Shown: positions 12,255 through 20,280 of the stretch, in pieces
How the letters are laid out: each line of letters starts with the position of its first letter
Numbering within the stretch: position 1 is the stretch's first letter
DNA from: Schmidtea polychroa
Taxonomy: Eukaryota
Assembly (NCBI GenBank): GCA_044892525.1
Contig: CM097885.1
Location: 31,312,001 to 31,376,000, forward strand
Direction: 5' to 3'
DNA: 64,000 nt
Notes under the pieces: model-generated
Told to the model about the DNA's origin: nothing
The model's database searches: none
Seen by the model: the letters and a program-made list of their open reading frames with translations, nothing else
Program-made: the position numbers and the translations under genes

Positions 12255-12619
12255 TTTGCAAATATAGTTCCATGTCCTTTCATTCGTTTGTTTATACGTG
12301 ATATTCCATGTCTTTTACGTTTTGGAGCTGGAGCTGGAGCTGGAGGTTTTTCTTTTTGAAACATACCAGCAACCCCGGGTAAAACTTTCCCTAATTCAGC
12401 TAAAGCATTTGATTTTAGAGATGGTAATATTTTCTGTTCATTCATAATAACATCTTTTGCAGTTTTCATACCAAAACTACCAATACGTTTAAGAATAGGC
12501 AATGCAAATCTACCAATTGTTCTCAACCATCCCGATCCGTACTGTTTACCAATAAAATATGGTAATTCACCGCCAGATTGGCTATCACTATACATACTAA
12601 TAATATCAGAATTAGCCAT
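12251..12619 (-). CDS. Virion core/membrane-active protein (Polinton protein with Q-x-G-G / Q-x-G-x-G motifs, functionally pVI-like)
   Basis: SQSGGELPYFIGKQYGSG followed by an amphipathic segment WLRTIGRFALPILKRIG and a basic C-terminus; sits between penton and MCP with overlapping start/stop codons. Confidence 0.75.
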   Translation of the reverse strand: MANSDIISMYSDSQSGGELPYFIGKQYGSGWLRTIGRFALPILKRIGSFGMKTAKDVIMNEQKILPSLKSNALAELGKVLPGVAGMFQKEKPPAPAPAPKRKRHGISRINKRMKGHGTIFAK

Positions 12620-13679
12620 CTACTTTACGAAAATGTAATGTCAAATGAGTTTTTGAACCTTTTGGAAAGTTTATAAGTTTTCCACTATCATCACGAATAT
12701 TTATTTCTATATTGTTTATACATGAACTTGCTATTGGTAAATACATGGGATTATCGATATTTATATTGACAACTTCATCATGTTCATATTTTCCAATCCA
12801 TACCGATTTCAAAAGAGGAACACTGGAATCACCAACAATTATGGGTTCGATAATGTTAGTATATATGAACATTTGTTGATGATGTTCTAGTATTCTTGGT
12901 TTGCGTATACCAGTCGATTTTTCTCTATATTTTTGCTTATCTAATCCAAGTGAATTTGCCAAATTTTTATCAAATGTAACTTCGCAAATATCCTCATTCA
13001 AACTGAAGGTAAACATCAAATCTTTCACAATTTCCAAATTTTTAAATATGTGTGAACAATTGAACTTTAAATATTTAAGTAATACATCAAGTTTATCAAA
13101 ATATAATTCATCAGCAAAGGTGAATGATTCTTCAACTTCATCATTATACGACACAGATATTTTTATTTCTTCTTTCACTATACTGTTTGCTTCAAATAGA
13201 TTAAAACGTAATAAATACTCGGTCTCCATAACAATATTTTTCAGCTTATTGCAACCCATTCGTTTGGCATCTTCAATAGTTTCGAATGTTATTGTAAATG
13301 GTTTAAAATCACAACTGATATTTAATCCATCCTTGTAAAATATATAGCAATGCGAATCTAATATTTGGTTCGGAATATGATATGTTTTATCATAATTACT
13401 AATAATAAAGATACCGCTACATGTTTTCACAATATTCCTTTTGAAATCAATCTTACATTGACTATAAAATGGGAATGTGTTGTACACGAATGTAAAATCT
13501 TGCAGTGCAACTTCCCAGTCACCATTTAGAGAAATCGGATTCTGGAGATTGACCATAAATTTACTGGCTTGATTGTCTGGATGAATTAATGGGCAACTAT
13601 TGCTCGGTAAAATAGTATAAAAATTCACTTTACTAGGTCCTTTGCTGATATCCATGACGGGTTTTGATAACCATGCCAT
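12612..13679 (-). CDS. Minor capsid protein (penton, single jelly-roll); start may be Met at 13655
   Basis: FYTILPSNS...PDN..SKF.VNL..PISLNGDWEVAL and MFIYTNIIEP..VGDS.VPLL...PMYLP....INNIEINIRDDSG..I.F....LTLHFRK are typical Polinton penton motifs. Confidence 0.9.
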   Translation of the reverse strand: MAWLSKPVMDISKGPSKVNFYTILPSNSCPLIHPDNQASKFMVNLQNPISLNGDWEVALQDFTFVYNTFPFYSQCKIDFKRNIVKTCSGIFIISNYDKTYHIPNQILDSHCYIFYKDGLNISCDFKPFTITFETIEDAKRMGCNKLKNIVMETEYLLRFNLFEANSIVKEEIKISVSYNDEVEESFTFADELYFDKLDVLLKYLKFNCSHIFKNLEIVKDLMFTFSLNEDICEVTFDKNLANSLGLDKQKYREKSTGIRKPRILEHHQQMFIYTNIIEPIIVGDSSVPLLKSVWIGKYEHDEVVNINIDNPMYLPIASSCINNIEINIRDDSGKLINFPKGSKTHLTLHFRKVDG

Positions 13680-14254
13680 TTGACATAGTATTGTTTATCC
13701 TTGCCGACCTTTTTAGTTTTCAATATTTTTTGAATTCTAAATACCTTTGGAGGAGGAATGACTTGTAATTCCTGCTCATAAAATTTCCCTTGTACAATAT
13801 TATTATCACTGTCTTTGATGACATACATTACAGGATTCTGTTTAGTATTTATTTTTGAAATTACAAAGACTTCATCACTCCAATTTGTATCAAAATTTTT
13901 AATAAATGGTGATGCACTAATTTTACTAATTCTAACACGATCACCGACTTTATATTTAGGTTTTGCAATTTTTACAGATTTCTTAGAATAGAATGTTTTT
14001 GATGTAATATCAACCGGTCTCAATCCATTCAGTCCTCGATGTGATGAATGATTATAACTTGTTATTATTTTCGGTAAAGCATTTACCCATTTTTTATTAC
14101 CTTGATGCACGAATAATTTCTTTAATCTATCTCTCAGTGTTCGATTAAATCTTTCAACATGGGCAGCTTTGTATTGAGAATGTACCGAGTAGTGATTTAT
14201 TTTCAGTTTATCGAGGATTTGCTTAACTTTGTTATTGTAGAATTCTTTACCTAA

Positions 14255-14319
<65 letters not shown>

Positions 14320-14707
14320 CCAAATCTGTTTGCAAGTTATTAGGATGTCCATCTTTAAATAAAATATTAATTGCCTTTGACATTTCATCTGCAGATTTTG
14401 CCTTGACTGGTATTGCTCGTGCAAACCTGCTGAATACATTAATACATGTTAAAATATATTTATTCCCATTGTTAATTTTCGAATACGGTATCATCTCCAT
14501 CAAATCCATTTGCCATAAATCGTCAATACCAAATGTTTTATATGCTCTTGTTGGAAATCTTTTCCGCATTGGTTTGTTCAAACTGTACGCAAGCTGATCT
14601 GATAACCACTTCTGGGTTTCTTTTTTCGAATTCGGAACTCTTTTCTTTAATTTTGCCACTCCACCGAAACCGGCTTCGTCTTCTGGGTTCGTCCAAATCT
14701 TCTCCAT
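13625..14707 (-). CDS. Retroviral-like DDE integrase with C-terminal chromodomain; 69-nt intron 14251-14319
   Basis: WQMDLMEM...LQTDLG|KEF...HVERFNRTL (D, D, E); KYKVGDRVRIS; GKFYEQELQ; chromo-like YYVKWHGY..PSWI. The poly-Ile run in the ORF track is GT(ATT)21TTAG. Confidence 0.95.
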
Positions 14708-14765
14708 TACAGCAAGAAGATTTAAAATTAAAATTTAAATTAGGTAATGAAGGATTAGCACCCAT
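14538..14765 (-). CDS. Putative small N-myristoylated protein overprinted on the integrase 5' end
   Basis: Starts 3 nt after the upstream stop; MGANPS fits MGxxxS; has a CC pair and basic PRRRSRFR. No homology recognised. Confidence 0.4.
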   Translation of the reverse strand: MGANPSLPNLNFNFKSSCCNGEDLDEPRRRSRFRWSGKIKEKSSEFEKRNPEVVIRSACVQFEQTNAEKISNKSI

Positions 14766-14768
14766 TGT

Positions 14769-15302
14769 TTATGATTGATTTCCTACAACTCCACCTAATA
14801 ATGATAATGCCAGAGGTATCAATGCACCAATAAATCCACCTTGTTGTTTATATATAATTTTCCTCATTTGCTTACGATTTTTATTATTTACTAATGATAA
14901 CAAAGGTTTCCTATGTTTGCTCAATAAATGCTTTTTTGATTTACTGATTTTAATTTTGCCTTTGACTACTTTAAGTATAATATTGAGTAAATCATCGACA
15001 ACAAAATTTGGGAATGATTGCAATATATTCATTCTTTTCATACTCGGGGCCTTTAACAATGCATTAAAAAATGGAAAACTGCGATGATTTTTAATTACTT
15101 TTTTACCGGCTTTACGGGTTTTACGGGTTTCACGTTTAGGTTTAGGATTTTTCGAAATAAGATTCATTGCAGAGAAATTTTCAGTTACAAGTTTTTTAGA
15201 TGGTGTATAACTAGTTGTTGGTGGAACCTTTGGAACTTTAATACTCTTTTTAATACTTTTTCTTAATTTCCTAATATTTTTCACCCTTGCTTTTAGAAAC
15301 AT
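14769..15302 (-). CDS. Basic DNA-binding core protein with C-terminal pX-like hydrophobic tail
   Basis: Very K/R-rich 177 aa; ends KQQGG-FIGALIPLALSLLGG, resembling the GGFLPALIP motif of adenovirus pX and Polinton core proteins. Confidence 0.75.
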   Translation of the reverse strand: MFLKARVKNIRKLRKSIKKSIKVPKVPPTTSYTPSKKLVTENFSAMNLISKNPKPKRETRKTRKAGKKVIKNHRSFPFFNALLKAPSMKRMNILQSFPNFVVDDLLNIILKVVKGKIKISKSKKHLLSKHRKPLLSLVNNKNRKQMRKIIYKQQGGFIGALIPLALSLLGGVVGNQS

Positions 15303-15320
15303 TATTATTCATAGAGGTTT

Positions 15321-15947
15321 TCAACTTTGTTTATAAACCATGGCACCTTTTGGGTTGAAAATATCTGTTTTTACTCGTAAATCATCGGGACATTGTTGTG
15401 TGAAATCAAGAAATATATATCCATGAGGTATTTTTGTAGCATCTTGAAATGCACTGATAAGAAAATTACGATTGTTAGGGTATGCTTGACGTGCAAGAAA
15501 ATCAATCACTGTTGCATCTCTAGGATTCTTGAAAATAACTAAATATTGTACATTTAAATTACGTGTTCGATGTGCACCACCTTGATGAAATAGATTTTGA
15601 GTTATAAAAATAACAGTTACACCAACGTGTCTACTGATTTTAGTAAATAAATTATTGAAATTCTTTTCTTTATTAGCTTCTTGATACAAGTCATCAATAA
15701 TTATGACATCCCCCTTCTTTAGTCTACTGGACCAATTTTTATCAAATCCCTCTACTATTTTCATATTTTTCAATTTACAGAAACTTGATTGAGTCAATCC
15801 GTGTTCTTGATCAGCACCTCGATGCCAATAAATTTTGTTAAATTTTGATTCAAGTAAATGTGATTTTAGTAATTTGCAAACAAACAAAGTTTTGCCGCTA
15901 CCACTTGGTCCGACTATTTGATATACAGCATCATTTCTTAGTTCCAT
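15321..15947 (-). CDS. A32/FtsK-like genome packaging ATPase
   Basis: Walker A GPSGSGKT, Walker B IIIDD, FTKISRH..VIFITQN, R.N..YLVIFKNPRD. Confidence 0.95.
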   Translation of the reverse strand: MELRNDAVYQIVGPSGSGKTLFVCKLLKSHLLESKFNKIYWHRGADQEHGLTQSSFCKLKNMKIVEGFDKNWSSRLKKGDVIIIDDLYQEANKEKNFNNLFTKISRHVGVTVIFITQNLFHQGGAHRTRNLNVQYLVIFKNPRDATVIDFLARQAYPNNRNFLISAFQDATKIPHGYIFLDFTQQCPDDLRVKTDIFNPKGAMVYKQS

Positions 15948-16062
15948 TTTTAATATTTATTTAAAAATTAATTTTGTTTATATCGTAAAGAATAAATTGA
16001 TTTAATTACTCTATAATATAATATATATATATATACTTGATTTTTATAAATATTCAGTAGAA
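15948..16062. promoter_or_regulatory. Putative bidirectional promoter between the structural gene block and the TBP-like gene
   Basis: 115-nt divergent intergenic region with TATAATATAATATATATATATATA (~16012-16035), TATAAATA and an Inr-like TCAGT before the ATG at 16063. Confidence 0.5.
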
Positions 16063-16575
16063 ATGTTGACAAATATTAATTATAGAGGTCGTGTGTCTTT
16101 GGAAACTGTTGGTATGATGAATTTCCCCAAGTGTAAACCACAACAATATGTCGACAAAACTGGAAAATATACTATTATATTTTTCAAAAATGGTAAATGT
16201 CGTATAATGGGTTGTAAGAAGCCTATCGAATTCAAGAATTTGCAATATAATATCAAAGATATTCAAGTTCAAAGTCTTACTATAGCTACCAAGGTTGAAC
16301 AATCTATTAATTTGAATAATTTAGCAAAGTTATTAGATGGAGATTGTATATATGAGCCTGAATTATTTCCCGCTCTGCGTTATACAAAATATAATCCACT
16401 ATGTGTAAATATATTTTCGAGTGGTAAAATAGTTGTACTAGGTATTAAAAATTTAGATTTTCATACTATTGTTGAAGGAATTATAAACGATGTAAAGGAT
16501 TTGATTGGATCTTTAACAATTTCTTCAAATATAAGTAATGAGGATTTGCTTGAATATTTATTCAACAATGATTGA
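16063..16575 (+). CDS. Divergent TATA-binding protein (TBP) homologue
   Basis: Two-repeat TBP pattern: LTNINY / TIIFFKNGKCRIMGCK (repeat 1) and IQVQSLT..INLNNLA..IYEPELFPALRY...VNIFSSGKIVVLGIK (repeat 2; cf. cellular YEPELFPGLIY...LIFVSGKIVLTGAK). Confidence 0.9.
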   Translation: MLTNINYRGRVSLETVGMMNFPKCKPQQYVDKTGKYTIIFFKNGKCRIMGCKKPIEFKNLQYNIKDIQVQSLTIATKVEQSINLNNLAKLLDGDCIYEPELFPALRYTKYNPLCVNIFSSGKIVVLGIKNLDFHTIVEGIINDVKDLIGSLTISSNISNEDLLEYLFNND

Positions 16576-16936
16576 ACATGAAGGTAACTGTTTTTATTTT
16601 AAATTTATTGATTTTTGTTTAGAAACTATACTAAAAATTTTGATTGATAAAATTGAAGATTTTTATCCGAATTTGAACAATTCCTTAATGTATTGTGCTC
16701 CAGAAGTTGTGTTTTACAAAATTTATGAAATAACTGGAATAAATGTAATAGATTTAATTCATATGGATCATGCTACGATTACATGTTATACCGATGATGT
16801 TGAAAATTGTGATTTTTGTAAAAATAATATGCAGAATACTTGTGGGGATGATAGTTGTACATGTTTTGTAAATCTACAGAAACGAGAAATAATTCATGCA
16901 TTACTTGTGAAATTGCGAAAAAATGTATTGTTGTAA
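16568..16936 (+). CDS. Cys/His-rich hypothetical protein (possible Zn-binding)
   Basis: ATG at 16568 overlaps the TBP-like stop (ATGATTGA); cluster H..C..CDFC..C....CTC; AATAAA at the stop. Confidence 0.6.
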   Translation: MIEHEGNCFYFKFIDFCLETILKILIDKIEDFYPNLNNSLMYCAPEVVFYKIYEITGINVIDLIHMDHATITCYTDDVENCDFCKNNMQNTCGDDSCTCFVNLQKREIIHALLVKLRKNVLL

Positions 16937-17138
16937 TAAAATATAATTATATTTGTTTTGTGATAACCTTAACTAACCTATAATATTTCTTTGTGTACAA
17001 TAAATCATTTCAGACTTTGTTATTTAGCATAAAATGAACTAGTTGATCACGTTTTGATCATGCCTGTCACTTGAAACTTGTTTACAATGAAATTAGTATA
17101 AAATATCTGGTTCAAATTATTAAATATTATAACTACAA

Positions 17139-17730
17139 ATGGATAATCAAATTACAGGTTTGTTGTCGTTTACACATATTCCATTTATTAGTTTTTTAAT
17201 CTAGGAGTTTTGAAGAGAAAAAATGCAGATGCCGCTCAGGAATTCGGAAAACGGAAATTTAAAGAAGCGACATTATCCTCGGAAACCTTGGTCAATGTTC
17301 GAGTGGATACAAAAAAGCCAGTCGAATTCATGCAATACAAACTAAATTATTTGTATTGTCCAATTTCCTATACATTTAAGGTAAGTTTCTATAAATTATT
17401 TTGGATTTTATTATTATTATTTATTGTTAGGAACCAGTAACTCTGGAAAAATGTTTCTACAATGTGAGACTTTCCAAAATCAAGTTTCATGACAAGATGC
17501 TATTGGGACAATTATTTCAGAGGATCAATGAAAATATTGAATTTGATGATGAAGATATGTTCATTAGAAACGATTTGGATATGATTCCCAATGGTGGTAA
17601 GATGAGCAAAATAACCTGCATGGTTACCATATTAATTCAAGGGTATAATGTAAGCAGAGACCGAATCAAACCAATTTGGAAAATTATAAAAGCCGAAGAT
17701 AAGTTTGAAGAGGAACATTGTTCATGTTAA
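17139..17730 (+). CDS. Hypothetical protein, 3 exons (17139-17157, 17205-17380, 17431-17730), 164 aa; possible OB-fold ssDNA-binding protein
   Basis: 47-nt and 50-nt GT-AG introns join ORF-track pieces 17210 and 17464 in frame; TATAAAA about 40 nt upstream of the ATG. The SSB function is inferred only from the C-terminal beta pattern. Confidence 0.7.
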
Positions 17731-17802
17731 ATTTATTTAATACATCTTTATTAGTGTTTTGGTGTTTTTAAATCATTGAAAATAACTAAAGTTTCAAATT
17801 TA

Positions 17803-18188
17803 TTAATCTTCAATACAATCTCTTTTCATTATATTTTCAACAATATGATCAATACAATTAGTAGAAACAATAGATTCATCTTCTTTAGATTCATTTGGTA
17901 ATTTATCTGTTGTAGAATTCTCAATACATGACTTAAGTTCTTCACTAGGCAAATCAGTATATTCATCTTCTTGCTGGGAAATATTTTCAGATTCATATGA
18001 CATATCATCTTCATTAATTTCATCGTCTGAATACGGCCATTTTAATTTCTCTGGAACATTCATAAATTCTCTAATTTTTACATTAGATATTTCCTCTAAT
18101 TTTTCAATCAAAAAGTTGATTATATATGCTAAATAAAAAAAAAAAGAATTAATAAACATAAAATTCATATTTTACCTTTTTCCGACAT
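17803..18188 (-). CDS. Acidic hypothetical protein, 2 exons (18188-18176, 18128-17803), 112 aa
   Basis: ATG TCG GAA AAA G|gtaaaa...tttttatttag|CA TAT gives MSEKAYIINFLIEKL...; the poly-T 'FFFY' in the ORF track is the intron pyrimidine tract; D/E-rich body. Confidence 0.65.
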
Positions 18189-18700
18189 GGTTGAAAATAA
18201 TTAAAATGAAAAAATAATTATGTTTATACTATTATTCAAAAGCAACAAGATGATCGATAGATAGATTATAAGAAAATTAGATATTTCAACACGATACATA
18301 TAATAAAAAGACAAGCAAACTTGCAATGATATTTAACGTTTCAGTTTTTACATTTTTTTTTTTAATATTTATTTCAATTATTTCGACAACACAAAAAAAG
18401 TCAATTTTTTTTTTTACTAATTAATTTTCAGCCTAACCTACAACTTTTCACAAAAATCCAAAAAAAAAATGAGACCTTTTTAATGAACCATTATTCAATA
18501 TAATCTATCGAAGGTAATCCTTAAAATTCCAAATTTAAAATGTTCGCAAATGTAAAGCATGTTCAATGTATATTAATGAGTATCATAATATAAACATTTA
18601 TTTCTTTACCTTTGTTATTAATACTTTGAATATTGTAAATAATAAAACTATGTATCAAATAATAATATTCAAAATAAACCAAATTTACAAACTACCACCC

Positions 18701-19719
18701 AGCCCCTTCGGGGCGGGCGGCGGGCGGCGGGCGGGCGGGCGAACGGCTGTTGTGTATGTCGATGATTTTAATTTTTATTAAATTCATTTGTTTGATTTCA
18801 AAATTAGATTTGTGTGACGAACCTTGTTAAATTTTTGGTTTGATGTATTCGAGGAAAAAAAAAAAAAAATTGTAAAACATTCTTTTACTATTTAGTTGGA
18901 AAATTTGGGAAAATAGTTTTGAAAACTTTTTAAAATTTGAAAAATTTTGAGTTGGGAAATTTGGGGAATTTCATTTTTGGGACTTTTTAATTTTTGAAAA
19001 AATTTGAGTTGGGAAAATTGTTTTTGGGAATTTTTAAAATTTGGGAAATTTTTGAGTTGGGAAATTTATTTTGGGGATTGAAAGATTTGTTGAAATGATC
19101 AATTTACAGTTTGAATAAAAATCAAAGTTTTTGACACTTGAGGGTAAGGACTCACCATACATCTTTGAAGGTTTGACCATCACACTCTACTCTCAAATAC
19201 CTTTTGAATGATGTATATATATTATAAAGTTTGAAAAAATTCGAAATTTTTTGACCCTTTGAAGGTGAAGGACTCACCATACACCTTTGATTGTATGACC
19301 ATCATACTCACATCTCAATTACCTTTTGAATGACATGTATTATAGAGTTTGAAAAAATTCGAGGGTTTTGCACCTTTTGAAGGTTAGGGATTCACCATAC
19401 ACCTTTGAAGGTATGATCATTGTACTCTACTCTCAAATATCTTTTGAATGATGTATATATTATAGGGATACATGTTAAAAATAACTTGACCTACATATTT
19501 TTTATAAACTATATAGTCGTGACCTACTTAATTTGACTTATTTATTTATATAGTGTCCTGGAGGTAACATATATTTAAAGTAACTTGACCTACATATTTT
19601 AATACCTATATAGTCGTGACCTACATAATTTTAACTTGATCTACTTAATTTTAACTTGACCTACTTATATATATGTGTCCTGGAGGTGACATGTCCTGGA
19701 GGTGACACATCTTACTACT
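18701..19719 (-). repeat. Right terminal inverted repeat of Polinton 1
   Basis: Reverse complement of 3583-4580; ends CTTACTACT followed by the TSD. Confidence 0.96.
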
Positions 19720-19899
19720 CTGATGCAACTAATTTATTTAAGATATTCCAAATCGGAACATATAATTGTAATAATATTTATAGTGCTTCCAAATGCATAA
19801 TCTAGAAAAGGAAGTACTATTATTATTGATATATTATTGATATAGAACACATGCATACAATACTTTACTTAAAAAAATAAAATTTTATTTTATAATACA

Positions 19900-20280
19900 T
19901 TCATGCCGGTTAGGGCTAAAGGGGAGAGATTCTCACGCTTAAAATTCTAAGGCTTCTTTCATTCATCAATCAACGATAAGTAGAGGCTCAATCGTTAGTA
20001 CGGTTGTATTTCTTCGGTTAGGCTCAGTTACAAGTTTTCAGAGTTTGTATACATCAGGTAGTCTATTCTTCGGCAAGGCTCAAGTTTTCAGAGGTTTTTT
20101 GAAGTTATCCATCAGGCAGTTCATATATAATCCAGTTGTAATGTTGATTAGGAGAAGCTTTCACGATAGCTTCTGTCTGATAAGTTCGTAGTCATTTGCA
20201 TATTTTTCGGTAGGCTTAAGGCTTTGGTATTAAGACTTTGAGTAGAAAGACTCATAGGTGATGTGTGTAGCGAGAATATT
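19900..20280. repeat. Diverged interspersed repeat (possibly LTR remnant), related copy at ~36135-36520
   Basis: Shared colinear blocks GGAGAGATTCTCA, TCAATCGTTAG and GAGTAGAAAGACTC. Confidence 0.4.

Larger units (their letters stand above)
3583..19719. mobile_element. Full-length Polinton/Maverick (endogenous adintovirus-like element), 16,137 bp
   Basis: Ends AGTAGTAAGATGTGTCACC...GGTGACACATCTTACTACT; 6-bp TSD CTGATG at 3577-3582 and 19720-19725; ~1 kb TIRs; complete core gene set (pPolB, integrase, ATPase, protease, MCP, penton). Confidence 0.98.

Noticed and set aside
14251..14439. Poly-Ile in the integrase and poly-Leu ORF 14251-14439 as transmembrane segments
   Set aside because: Both are translations of the (ATT)21 tract bounded by GT/AG; removing it restores LQTDLGKEF.
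6266..15266. Plus-strand ORFs antisense to Polinton genes (6266, 6511, 6686, 9126, 12901, 14403, 14533, 15084)
   Set aside because: Shadows of the real minus-strand genes; no recognisable motifs.
17880..17945. LxCxE Rb-binding motif in the acidic protein
   Set aside because: Sequence is LKSCIE (LxxCxE), which does not fit the spacing.
18566..18781. ORF 18566-18781 as a gene
   Set aside because: It is the mirrored RING 3' remnant running into the TIR GC repeat.
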